In this document: one piece after another, positions 50,269-59,941 of the stretch
Layout: every line of letters starts with the position of its first letter
Position numbering within the stretch: position 1 is the stretch's first letter
Assembly: GCA_025061115.1 (NCBI GenBank)
Contig: JANZKC010000001.1
Span: 384,001 to 448,000, forward strand
DNA from: Candidatus Culexmicrobium cathedralense
GTDB lineage: Archaea > Thermoproteota > Methanomethylicia > Culexarchaeales > Culexmicrobiaceae
Direction of reading: 5' to 3'
Length of the DNA stretch: 64,000 nucleotides
Made by a program: the position numbers and the translations under genes
The notes under the pieces: generated by a model
Told to the model about the DNA's origin: nothing
Database searches by the model: none
Seen by the model: only the letters and a program-made list of their open reading frames with translations

Positions 50269-50339
50269 TCATTATAATTCATTAGAAAAATATTTATATG
50301 TTTTCTTTTTATATTATTTATAGTGATTTATTTTGAAAA

Positions 50340-50551
50340 AATGGTCAAGGACAACCAGAAACGTATACTGATGGTTGGGGCAAAGGTACAGCTACAGGTT
50401 GCTGGGGCGTTTGGGTGGAAGGAAGCCGGAGGAGGAATGGGTAATTAATCTCTCCTATGCATGGTGTAGATGCACAGCACACTTTCTCACTTCATGGGGA
50501 AATGAATGGTGGAGTACGGCATATGCATGGACAGGTGTTTCCTATGACTAG
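50340..50551 (+). pseudogene. Trp/Gly/Cys-rich coding remnant of a probable secreted peptide/protein
   Basis: NGQGQPETYTDGWGKGTATGCWGVWVEGS, then in another frame EEWVINLSYAWCRCTAHFLTSWGNEWWSTAYAWTGVSYD*, whose stop overlaps the next ATG. Confidence 0.35.
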
Positions 50552-51380
50552 ATTATCAAAAAACATGATTATTTTTTCTTTTTTGCTATTCATTTCAATT
50601 TGTTATTCGCCTTTATCAACGTTGTTTGACATTGATAGGATAGTTTTAATTTATGATTTAAAAGTGCTGGTCATTCAATTTGATTCGGTTACGGGATATG
50701 CAATATTCGTTAGAGATAAAGAAGGATTATTTGATGGTGTTCTTAACATTACATTAGTTCGTGCCAGCCAAGATCTTTGGAGAATGTATTTGACTTTAAA
50801 TATAACTAAAAGTGATGAGGTTATTTACTTTAAAAATTCTACTTTCTATTTTAATCCAATAACTAGAGTTTTATATTCTATTAATATGTCTGAGCTTGGT
50901 ATTTCTGGATTTATTCTTAACACTAAATCTGTTAGTGCAAATAATTTTACGGTGGTGTCCTTCTCTAATTACACGTTTCAAGGGAGCGTTATTGGTGAGA
51001 GTAAGCATTATGTGATTGATGGGTATCAGGAATGCGTAGTGGTTAGATCTATTTTAGAAATTGGTAGGAATAGGTTTGGTCCTTTCTACTTATATGATTC
51101 TGATACTGGATGCTTGGTGCACGCTGACGGCATAGTAATTGATCCTGCATTATACTACATGGATAACATTTTCTTTCTGATTGTTGAAACATTAGATTTA
51201 GCTTATTCTAACATTGATTTGGGTCCAACAACTTTACCTTTCTTCATGATTTTAATTTATATTGCAGTAGCCTTAGCTTTAACAGTGACTCTAATTGTCT
51301 CAACATTCATTCTTTGGAGAAGGAAATATAGCAGGTATCGCCAGGATAGGATTAACATTCAGCTTCTTCAAGCTTCTTGA
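50544..51380 (+). CDS. Hypothetical secreted protein with C-terminal membrane anchor
   Basis: Signal-like N-terminus from ATG 50544, YDSDTGCLV motif, C-terminal TM followed by WRRK. Confidence 0.65.
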   Translation: MTRLSKNMIIFSFLLFISICYSPLSTLFDIDRIVLIYDLKVLVIQFDSVTGYAIFVRDKEGLFDGVLNITLVRASQDLWRMYLTLNITKSDEVIYFKNSTFYFNPITRVLYSINMSELGISGFILNTKSVSANNFTVVSFSNYTFQGSVIGESKHYVIDGYQECVVVRSILEIGRNRFGPFYLYDSDTGCLVHADGIVIDPALYYMDNIFFLIVETLDLAYSNIDLGPTTLPFFMILIYIAVALALTVTLIVSTFILWRRKYSRYRQDRINIQLLQAS

Positions 51381-52296
51381 GCCACTTCATAATTAACTTA
51401 TCAATGGGGAGGCTTCTCCTCCTTCTTCCTTTAGGATAGCCAGGGTAGCCTCCAACTAATTCTAGGGCTTTAACTGCAAGCTCATCAGCTTCTCCAACCT
51501 CAAACCTATTCCAGCCATGGAAGTGCTTAAATGAATTAATGCTAGTCCAGCTTAAGTCGAATGAGTCTAAATCGTTGACATCAATACATATGACCACGCA
51601 ATTCAATTTCCTGTGGAGGCTTAAAGGGCAAGTGAAGAGTTGCTGAGAATCATGCTCATTATCAACTTTCAACTTCTCTGCCAAGTATTTAGCTGAAATT
51701 TCTCTAATTCGATGTTCTATCTTCCTAATAACGTACTCAACTAGAGCATAAGCTAAGTCAAGGGGATTGTGTTTTGCTCTAATTTCAGGCGATAAAGCTT
51801 CGTGATGAACGTGAACGTGAGCAGCATTTCCACTCCACTTAACTATTATAGATCTTGAAATGCCATTTCTCTCCAAAAATGAAATTATCTCCCTACACAC
51901 TTCAATTGTTGCCCTCCACTTAGATCTAGAATTATCAATGTCCCAGGTTGGAGTGCAAGCAATTATGTTTTCAAGGTCTATAACATGCTCATCTCGGAAA
52001 AGATACTTGTAGATGTTAGCTGTAGCATAAAACGTTCTAGGCTTAAAACGATTAAAAACTTTAAGTAGAAAATCAACGTCGCTTTCAGACCTAATTGTCA
52101 ATGGAGCTCCCTTCAAGTACCTAATGAGAAGCATTCTACCCTTACTATCAACTTCACTGCAGTGAATTCCAACCCACCTTGGCTTACGGCCATTAGCTCC
52201 AGAAACATTACCATAACACCACTTGGCAATCTCTCCTTTAACGTCCTCCCTAGAGTAGTGTTCAGCAACTACATTCCTATTCAACTTCACCGCCAC
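51352..52296 (-). CDS. Archaeo-eukaryotic primase (AEP) superfamily protein
   Basis: TPTWDID (motif I), KWSGNAAHVH (motif II), KVD, CPLSLH. Confidence 0.7.
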   Translation of the reverse strand: MAVKLNRNVVAEHYSREDVKGEIAKWCYGNVSGANGRKPRWVGIHCSEVDSKGRMLLIRYLKGAPLTIRSESDVDFLLKVFNRFKPRTFYATANIYKYLFRDEHVIDLENIIACTPTWDIDNSRSKWRATIEVCREIISFLERNGISRSIIVKWSGNAAHVHVHHEALSPEIRAKHNPLDLAYALVEYVIRKIEHRIREISAKYLAEKLKVDNEHDSQQLFTCPLSLHRKLNCVVICIDVNDLDSFDLSWTSINSFKHFHGWNRFEVGEADELAVKALELVGGYPGYPKGRRRRSLPIDKLIMKWLKKLEEAEC

Positions 52297-52343
52297 TACT
52301 AATCTTAAAAGGAGGAAGAGGTTAAATTCCTTAGGGGTTTAAT

Positions 52344-52700
52344 TTGCCAAAGAAGCAGCGCATACCATTTAGAGTAAGAATGGCGGATGGAAGCATAGAG
52401 ACAGTTTATGCTTATTCGGAAAAGCAGGCTATGTTTTTAGCTTCAAGGCTCGGCAAAAGGCCAGTAAGAGTTGTTGGAATCTTAAGTGAAGAAGTAGTGG
52501 AGAAGAAGGAAGAGGAAGAAAAAATCGATGAAGATGAATTATTGAATAAGTTGCTCATGAAATTTGAAGAAGCCATGAAGAATGGTAAGTATTTGGAAGC
52601 AGTAAAGTGCCAAGTGGAACTTCATAAAGCAATAGCTGATGGAAAAGTGACATGGAGCAACAAGTTGGAGCAAAAATATGAGCTATTCAAGCACTGGTGA
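52344..52700 (+). CDS. Hypothetical protein
   Basis: 118-aa ORF with genome-like codon usage and an acidic linker. Confidence 0.6.
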   Translation: MPKKQRIPFRVRMADGSIETVYAYSEKQAMFLASRLGKRPVRVVGILSEEVVEKKEEEEKIDEDELLNKLLMKFEEAMKNGKYLEAVKCQVELHKAIADGKVTWSNKLEQKYELFKHW

Positions 52701-52704
52701 TGCA

Positions 52705-54249
52705 ATGAAGAAGTCGCGATTAACAATACTAATATTAATACTAACAATATACCTAAACTCATTCCAACCTGCACTTTCAATTCAAATTCAATTAAATTCA
52801 ATTGATGCAAGACCAGGAATATACACATTGTATGAAGATGAAGCTGCAAGTGTAAAAATAAATGTCACATATAATTCGCTCCCCAACTACACTGAAGAGC
52901 CAGCTGTAAACGTAACAGTTGAAGTAAATGGTATGATCTTATGGTCGGTATTCTCGCTGCAAAATCGGAAGATATTATTTGGAGAGCTCAGCGAGTGGAA
53001 TTACTACCCTCTATGGATACCTAAGGGTCTGAATAGGGGAGATGAAATTGAGCTTTATAATTCAAAATTCAAAGTAATAGCCGCTTCTGAAAATGAAGTT
53101 CTTGTAACTAATGGTTCATTAACGCTAAAGTTCGATGCATTTACTGGAGTTATGATTACAGGAGACCTGATAATCAAAGGAGAAAGCTATCATGTCTATA
53201 TTAAAGCCACCAACATGAAACTTCGAAGAACTGACTTTGAGAAGCTCTACTACGACTGGAAAGCTCTAACTAAACACCTTGAAAAATTAAATGAAACCTA
53301 CAGAAATCACTTAAAGATTTACAGCATAGGAAACAGCTGCCTAGGAAGAAGGATATGGGTCTGCGAAGTACCTGCCAGAAAAGTCGAAGAAGCTGCAATA
53401 GTCATAGATGGAGGCATGCATGGAAGCGAAGTCATAGGCGTGAAAGCAGCCGTCTACATCCTAGATAAAATACTTGAAAACTACTATGCAATCGAAGAGT
53501 TAGACAGATTCACGATAATTGTCATACCCATGCTCAATCCAGATGGCGTTGAAGCTTCAAAATACTTACCTCCACAGCCTCAATTAATGTTAAAGTATGC
53601 AAGATGCAATGCCAGAGGAGTCGACTTAAACAGGAATTTCGCATACGCTTGGGAGAAAGGCGGCTCAGATCAATTTGAAAGCCCAGTATTCAGAGGTTTG
53701 AACCCTGAAAGCGAACCTGAAGTTAAAGCACTACTCTCAATATTTAAAAATAGAAATGTAATTTTCTACGTAAATCTTCACTCAGGAGTCAGTGCAACAT
53801 TAATTCCAGGATATAACTCAAACCCCTACGTTACACTATATGAAAGCGAAATAGCCGCCGGAATATCCAACATATTTGGCCATCAAATCTACAAGGGCAA
53901 AATATATGGCGGAGCAGCTAATTGGGCGCTTTTCGCTTCTGATAAAAAAGCCTTATCAATAATCATAGAGCTCTACGGCGATAAAGCTCAGCTTGAAACT
54001 GACTGGTTCTACTTCTACAACCCCGACAACAATAGAACAGTTGAAGAAATATGCGGCAAAGCATATTACTCAATTCTATTCATACTCAAAAATGCTGAAA
54101 AGTGGATTGAAAAAGCAGAAGAAATCAAATTAAGAAGGGAGTTTCAAAGCAGAATCACATATTTCGCCGTCACAGCTTTAGTAATAATGCTGGCGGCAAT
54201 AACATTCATGAAAGTCAAGAAAGTTAAGCTGCAGCCTATTCGACACTAA
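52705..54249 (+). CDS. Secreted, membrane-anchored M14 zinc carboxypeptidase
   Basis: Signal peptide, GMHGSE, NPDG, NARGVDLNRNF, SEPEV, NLHS, IEL, C-terminal TM. Confidence 0.88.
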   Translation: MKKSRLTILILILTIYLNSFQPALSIQIQLNSIDARPGIYTLYEDEAASVKINVTYNSLPNYTEEPAVNVTVEVNGMILWSVFSLQNRKILFGELSEWNYYPLWIPKGLNRGDEIELYNSKFKVIAASENEVLVTNGSLTLKFDAFTGVMITGDLIIKGESYHVYIKATNMKLRRTDFEKLYYDWKALTKHLEKLNETYRNHLKIYSIGNSCLGRRIWVCEVPARKVEEAAIVIDGGMHGSEVIGVKAAVYILDKILENYYAIEELDRFTIIVIPMLNPDGVEASKYLPPQPQLMLKYARCNARGVDLNRNFAYAWEKGGSDQFESPVFRGLNPESEPEVKALLSIFKNRNVIFYVNLHSGVSATLIPGYNSNPYVTLYESEIAAGISNIFGHQIYKGKIYGGAANWALFASDKKALSIIIELYGDKAQLETDWFYFYNPDNNRTVEEICGKAYYSILFILKNAEKWIEKAEEIKLRREFQSRITYFAVTALVIMLAAITFMKVKKVKLQPIRH

Positions 54250-55078
54250 CATCTTCATCCACATCATATGGGAACTCAAGCTCCTTAAGCCTTTGAACCT
54301 CCCTCATTCTCCTCATAACTCTACTTGGAAGAGATATGTCTTCACGCCTCATTTCCACCGGACCTAAAATAACCAAGCCCCTACCATTAACAATCTCAAT
54401 TTCATGCATTCTCAAATCATGAGGAGTTTGCCTCATCTTCTCAATCAAAATAAATCTTCTCAACCTACCGCCCCTAACAAATCGTCTAAAGCGAAGAATG
54501 CCATCACCAATATGCTCCGTACCCCAACCAAAAGCCTGAGAGGTAGTCACTGCATACTGTGAAGTAGCCATTATGGTGAAATCCCACTTAGAAAGAACCT
54601 TCTTAATGAAGTAGCTATACTTCCTGGCCATAGCAGGCTTGTCAAGCCAAAACGCAGAGAGGGAATCAATGACCAGTCTAGCTCGCCCATAACCCAGCTT
54701 CCTCTTAGCTTCAATAACCTTGCTGACAAGCTCCTCAATGTCAAGGGTTTTCAAGCACCAAGGGTCACTGCTAGCTGAAATCAATGCATCAACTATGATT
54801 AAACTTCCATTAGACAATGCACTTTCGAAACCCATTTTAAACTGAGCCGCCTGACGAATTATGGAATCCCTACTTTCCTCAGTCGTTACGTAAATGCACT
54901 TATCACCATCTTTAACTCCCTGCCAAATGAAGTGTAAGCATAAAATGGTTTTGCCAGTTCCAGGCTCACCAGTTACAGCTACAAAGAAACCTCTAGGAAT
55001 TCCTCCAGACAGCATTTTGTCTAACTCTGGAATTCCAGTAGACAACCTTTCAACACTTGAAATCAAAATGGTCACCAA
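54236..55078 (-). CDS. KaiC-domain RecA-superfamily ATPase
   Basis: STGIPELD, GEPGTGKT, VTTEE, IDSL, EKMRQTPH. Confidence 0.9.
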   Translation of the reverse strand: MVTILISSVERLSTGIPELDKMLSGGIPRGFFVAVTGEPGTGKTILCLHFIWQGVKDGDKCIYVTTEESRDSIIRQAAQFKMGFESALSNGSLIIVDALISASSDPWCLKTLDIEELVSKVIEAKRKLGYGRARLVIDSLSAFWLDKPAMARKYSYFIKKVLSKWDFTIMATSQYAVTTSQAFGWGTEHIGDGILRFRRFVRGGRLRRFILIEKMRQTPHDLRMHEIEIVNGRGLVILGPVEMRREDISLPSRVMRRMREVQRLKELEFPYDVDEDVSVE

Positions 55079-55107
55079 TAGAATCAGCGCTACTAACTAA
55101 TATAAGC

Positions 55108-55923
55108 TTAGAGCATTAAGCTGAGCACTAGCCCAATAAAACCTCCAAGAGCTGTCGACGTGAAGTTAACTACGTGATTATTGATGAACTCAAAACCCCT
55201 AACAAGCTTAGCTTCAGAACCGCAGGAATGATGCTTAACCTCAACAAGCTTCTTGCACGATTCGCACCAGTACTGCGCTTGAACCGTAGCACCTAAAATG
55301 CTATCAATTGTTGAGCCGGCGAAGCCTGAGAGAATTGCTATTAGTAAAATTTTTATTGGCGTAAATGACGGCTCAGCCCCACAAGCCGCTGCAACTAAAC
55401 CGATTACAGTTGATGCAACTAAAATTGCAACTTCACCATAAATTGAAACTCCACCAGAAGTGCCAGGAGGAACCTTCTTCCTCAAATTAGTTATAAGCCT
55501 AGGCTCTCCAGGATACAATAAACCAAGCTCAGTTGCAAGCGTATCGGCAGCCGCAGTGCTCACAGCGCCAATAAATCCTCCAAAAAATGCACCTCCACCA
55601 AATAAACCTTCAGCTAATGCAAATAGAGCTGCAATTCCACCATTCCCAAAAACATTTGTCCAAGCCCTAGCTCCACCTTTAGCCTCAGCAACCCCTAACC
55701 TACGCTTTATATCGTACTTATACTTGGTTAATAGGCTAGACGTCAAGTAAAATGAAAGTAGAATTGCAAACCAGTTCCATCCTCCGAAAATCAGTGTAAT
55801 AAACCCTACAACAAAGGCAGCAGCAGTTCCAGTGTAATCTACTAGCTTAAGCTTTATTGAAGCAATTGCGAGAAGAGTCAATATGGATAGGGCAATTGCC
55901 AAGTCGTTGAAAGCTACATGCAA
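55108..55923 (-). CDS. DUF92 (TMEM19-like) membrane protein
   Basis: NVFGNG, AADTLATELG, PGTSGGVS, DSILGATVQ, NHVVN. Confidence 0.88.
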   Translation of the reverse strand: MHVAFNDLAIALSILTLLAIASIKLKLVDYTGTAAAFVVGFITLIFGGWNWFAILLSFYLTSSLLTKYKYDIKRRLGVAEAKGGARAWTNVFGNGGIAALFALAEGLFGGGAFFGGFIGAVSTAAADTLATELGLLYPGEPRLITNLRKKVPPGTSGGVSIYGEVAILVASTVIGLVAAACGAEPSFTPIKILLIAILSGFAGSTIDSILGATVQAQYWCESCKKLVEVKHHSCGSEAKLVRGFEFINNHVVNFTSTALGGFIGLVLSLML

Positions 55924-56409
55924 TCATAATCACCTACTTCTCAAGCTATTTATTGAAAAACTGGAAGTTTTAAGCTTAACGCACAGATGGAAATTAATTA
56001 TAGGTAATGAGATAAATGTAATTAATCACTTCGGCAAGAGTTTCAGGATGCTGCATCATGGCTTTATCATCGACAACAGCATATTCATTAATAACACATG
56101 CAAAAATCAAAAGCAAGCCAATTAGAGCAGGAAAGCAGAAAAGGAATTCATTCCACCATCGCTAATCTGTGCAACATTAGCCGGATTTCACATAGAACCG
56201 TTCTAATTAATGATAGTAATGCGGAAATCTTTATCGCACTCCTCTCGCCAAGTTAACTAATGTTCTGATCAAGAGCTTAAATCCTTAGAATCAAAACAAT
56301 GTATTCCACACTTAAAATCACATTTGCCTCACAAGAAAAGCCTTAAAGCTCACCGCCAACATCACAATTTATTAGTTTATCATTTCTAAAATGCTTAAGG
56401 TGAAATTAA

Positions 56410-57753
56410 ATGAAGATATGTAAGGCTTTAAGCATAGCTGGCTCAGATTCAGGCGGTGGAGCTGGAATTCAAGCAGATTTGAAGACCTTCGCGGCCTTTG
56501 CAGTTCATGGAATGACAGCTATAACGGCTATAACAGCTCAGAACACCAAGGAAGTTAAAGGGATTCACGTGCTCCCACCAAGAATGGTTGAGCTCCAAAT
56601 AGAAGCCATAGTTGAAGACATAGGCGTAGATGCAGCTAAAACAGGAATGTTATATAGCAGGGAAATAGTGGAAGTTGTAGCCAAGAAAATAGATGAATAT
56701 AAAATTAAAACAGTAGTTGACCCAGTTATGATCGCAAAATCCGGCGCCAAATTGCTTTTGGAAGATGCCATGGAAGCTTTAAAGTCGAAGCTTATTCCAA
56801 AAGCAATGGTAGTAACGCCAAACATTCCAGAAGCTGAAGTTCTAGTTGGTTATGAGATTAGAAGCATTACGGAAATGAAAAAGGCAGCTGAGGACATTCA
56901 CAATTTAGGAGCAGAAGCAGTAATTATTAAGGGAGGACACCTAACAGGAAAGAAGATGGTCGACATCCTATACTATAAAGGGAAAACGTATGAAATCAGC
57001 AAAACAAAAATTGAAACAAAAAACACTCACGGCACCGGCTGCTCCTTCTCAGCTGCAATCGCAGCGCTTATTGCAAAAGGAGCTGAAATTCCTACGGCAT
57101 TTAGAGTTGCAAGCGAATTTATGAGTAAAGCGATAAAGTATGGCTACACCGTAGGCAGAGGGCACGGCCCGGTGAACCCACTAGCGGAACTATATGACAA
57201 ATCATCAAAATATGAAGCGTGGAAAAATGTCGCTGAAGCCATAAAAATTATTGAGGAATCACCCGAACTCGTAAAATTAATTCCCGAAGTGAGGATGAAC
57301 ATTGGAGAAGCATCAATATACGCAGAAAAAATAGATGATGTATGCGCTGTAAGTGGCAGAATAACTGAAGTCAATGGAAAGCTAAGAGCTGCAGGATGCC
57401 CAAAATTCGGATCATCAAAGCACGTTGCGAGAACGATATTAACTATAATGAAATATGATCCTAAAATTAGAGCTGCAATGAACATAAAATATAGTAAAGA
57501 AGCGATTGAAGCGTGTAAGAAGCTAGGGCTTTCAATAGCGTCATTCAGTCGACAAATGGAGCCTCCAAACATAAAAGCCATCGAAGGAGCAAGCTTACCT
57601 TGGGGAATTAAAGAGGCAATAAAGAATCTTGGAAGAGTGCCCGACATAATATACGACGAGGGAGATTTAGGAAAAGAGCCGATGATAAGAATATTAGGAA
57701 AAAATGCAGTTGAAGTAGCTCTCAAAGCAAAGAAGATTGGAAAAATATTATAA
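56410..57753 (+). CDS. thiD: Bifunctional HMP/HMP-P kinase and thiamine-phosphate synthase (ThiD-ThiN)
   Basis: IAGSDSGGGAGIQAD, HGTGC; C-terminal ThiN (IPEVRMN, FGSSKHVAR, GKEPMIR). Confidence 0.93.
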   Translation: MKICKALSIAGSDSGGGAGIQADLKTFAAFAVHGMTAITAITAQNTKEVKGIHVLPPRMVELQIEAIVEDIGVDAAKTGMLYSREIVEVVAKKIDEYKIKTVVDPVMIAKSGAKLLLEDAMEALKSKLIPKAMVVTPNIPEAEVLVGYEIRSITEMKKAAEDIHNLGAEAVIIKGGHLTGKKMVDILYYKGKTYEISKTKIETKNTHGTGCSFSAAIAALIAKGAEIPTAFRVASEFMSKAIKYGYTVGRGHGPVNPLAELYDKSSKYEAWKNVAEAIKIIEESPELVKLIPEVRMNIGEASIYAEKIDDVCAVSGRITEVNGKLRAAGCPKFGSSKHVARTILTIMKYDPKIRAAMNIKYSKEAIEACKKLGLSIASFSRQMEPPNIKAIEGASLPWGIKEAIKNLGRVPDIIYDEGDLGKEPMIRILGKNAVEVALKAKKIGKIL

Positions 57754-57773
57754 AAACTAAGGGAAAATTATGT

Positions 57774-58406
57774 TTATTTCGGCATGTTCAGCCAATCGAA
57801 TAGTAGGAATTCTAATCGCCCTAGCATTAAGTTATATCGCGAGACCACCGTCTTAGCGAATGCATAACCGAATGCAAGCATCATGAACCATCGGCCTACA
57901 TCTGCAATAGTCTTAGCGCTACCAGTGTGTAGTGTGGGGAACGTGAATACGAAGTAATACAATGTCGTTGCAATAGCCGCTAGGAATACTATGTTGCCCA
58001 AGGTAACCAGCGGATCAGCAGACACAATACTTATGTCAGCAGTTGAAGCGATCTGAGCTATGAAGTCAGTGTCAACAGACCTTACGAATGAAGCGGCAAT
58101 ACCTACGCCGACTACTATTGAAATCCCATACCTATAAAGCCAGTACAGCGTCCTGTGGTACCTGAAGTACATGAGAAAGCCGAGGATTACTGGTAAAATG
58201 TAAATCACTTCGCCAGCCATTAAGTGGTCAATTCCGAACCTCTTTACACTTACAATGGCTTGGACGAAGCTATAACCAACTGCAACGCCAACGTAAGTGT
58301 GCTCTGCAAACTTGAATAGGGGACTGTCTCTATAAGCAATGCTGTAAATGAATATTGTCAGTAAAGCCGCAACCCAAATTCCAAATTGAGTCCAAATATC
58401 AGGCAT
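57774..58406 (-). CDS. Uncharacterised multi-pass membrane protein (DUF6754 operon)
   Basis: About 6 TM; YRDSPLFKFAEH, GRWFMMLAFG. Confidence 0.75.
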   Translation of the reverse strand: MPDIWTQFGIWVAALLTIFIYSIAYRDSPLFKFAEHTYVGVAVGYSFVQAIVSVKRFGIDHLMAGEVIYILPVILGFLMYFRYHRTLYWLYRYGISIVVGVGIAASFVRSVDTDFIAQIASTADISIVSADPLVTLGNIVFLAAIATTLYYFVFTFPTLHTGSAKTIADVGRWFMMLAFGYAFAKTVVSRYNLMLGRLEFLLFDWLNMPK

Positions 58407-58409
58407 ACA

Positions 58410-59249
58410 TCATGCACCTCCCTTCTTCTGAGCTTTCAATGCAAAGTACGCTATGTTTCCCATGATAATTGCTGCCATCAACATTATGTGGGCAACGGTA
58501 AATGCGTCTAGCTTTCTTAGACCAGATCCTGGCTTTCCAATTATGAATTCGTACTCCCCAGCTCTGCCACCGTCTGTTAGAGCTTTTACTTGTGCTGGGT
58601 AGTATGGCTCCATTGTTGGCATCATCATTGCCAATACGCAACATAGATATGTAACTCCATATGGACCTACCCATTGCCTAACCCATCCTTGAGACACGTC
58701 TCCTGAAGGTGTTATTGAAATTATCATTGCGAAATTACGCGCTCCAGTGATGCCTTTCATCATAGGTATATCTGTAATTGGAGTTCCCTTATAGTCTGTT
58801 GGAACCGCTCCAGGCAAGTTTTCGGCAATAGCTTTCATTGCAGTTTCAGTGCCAGGAATATACCCTAGGAAAACGTAATCTTCACCATACTTCTTTCCAT
58901 ACGCATCAGGATTTACTTGCGCTATTAGGGAGCGATAACAAATTGGACCGTCACTGTAAAGGGTCATTAACACTACTTTAACATTCTTGGAGAATAAGTC
59001 GTGAAGTGTAGCTACAGCAAATGGTTCAAGTGCTGGAAGTGAGCCGACGCCATAGTCGACGCTGAACAATACATAAGCTCCATCAGGAAGATTTTCAATA
59101 TACTCATGCCACTCAACGACTCTAGGGCTCACAGGGACCGGCAGGAAAAGAGGCTTTACCAATGGTATAGCTAGGCATATGATCAATATGGTGTAGATAA
59201 TTTCTCTAGGAAGCGATTCTATATATTCTAGTGGAGATTTGCCTGCCAC
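58410..59249 (-). CDS. Uncharacterised membrane-anchored protein (DUF6754 operon)
   Basis: N- and C-terminal TMs; KYGEDYVFLGYIPG, GEYE. Confidence 0.75.
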   Translation of the reverse strand: MAGKSPLEYIESLPREIIYTILIICLAIPLVKPLFLPVPVSPRVVEWHEYIENLPDGAYVLFSVDYGVGSLPALEPFAVATLHDLFSKNVKVVLMTLYSDGPICYRSLIAQVNPDAYGKKYGEDYVFLGYIPGTETAMKAIAENLPGAVPTDYKGTPITDIPMMKGITGARNFAMIISITPSGDVSQGWVRQWVGPYGVTYLCCVLAMMMPTMEPYYPAQVKALTDGGRAGEYEFIIGKPGSGLRKLDAFTVAHIMLMAAIIMGNIAYFALKAQKKGGA

Positions 59250-59250
59250 G

Positions 59251-59928
59251 CTAATCCCTCCTTCCTAGATAGCCAGTTTCCATGCCCATTAGCGTTCTTA
59301 TGCCTAGAAGTATTGCTCCTAAAGCTCCGCCAATCAATATACCTCTAAACGAAGACCTAACTATGTAGTTATTGATCCAATCTGCCGCTTCAATGGCTTG
59401 AGGAATGAAGACTTGGAACGCTGGAGTTCTAGACATTAAGGTTATAAAGCCAACTATTAGTAGAGCTGTTGCTTCCATTGTTCTAGCTCTAAAAGCCCTG
59501 AAACAAGCTGATGTGATGTAGAATGCCAATGATGAGTACATCGTGCCGCTACATGCAGCTAACACGTAAGTCGTCATCCATTCGTATTGAGCAGGGCTCA
59601 CATTAATTCTAAGCGAAGGTTCTCCACCTAAACCTACAATCACCATTATTACAGCTACGAATATCAGCCAAGCACTATAATACCACTGCCCTGGAGTCCG
59701 CCTGCTTAAATGCCTGCTGTGAATTAAAGTGACGTTTACCATACCGAAGCCGATTGTAAATCCAGCTAAAAGATTTGCCCAGTTAGTTAGCACTTCGCCC
59801 AATGATTGAATGTATTCCTGATATGGCTCAACTGGAGTTTCTGGAACCAAGAAGTATTGCACTATCATTATTAAGCCCATTATGAAAGTTAGGATTAACG
59901 GCAAATGCCTCCTAAAGACCAGGGACAT
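59251..59928 (-). CDS. Uncharacterised multi-pass membrane protein (DUF6754 operon)
   Basis: TMYSSLAFYITSACFRAFRAR, RGILIG, G.ETGYL. Confidence 0.75.
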   Translation of the reverse strand: MSLVFRRHLPLILTFIMGLIMIVQYFLVPETPVEPYQEYIQSLGEVLTNWANLLAGFTIGFGMVNVTLIHSRHLSRRTPGQWYYSAWLIFVAVIMVIVGLGGEPSLRINVSPAQYEWMTTYVLAACSGTMYSSLAFYITSACFRAFRARTMEATALLIVGFITLMSRTPAFQVFIPQAIEAADWINNYIVRSSFRGILIGGALGAILLGIRTLMGMETGYLGRRD

Positions 59929-59941
59929 GATATTTCCCCTC

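Noticed and set aside
55930-56400. Possible TPP riboswitch or small gene upstream of thiDN
   Set aside because: No TPP aptamer consensus is visible; reading frames are short and interrupted.
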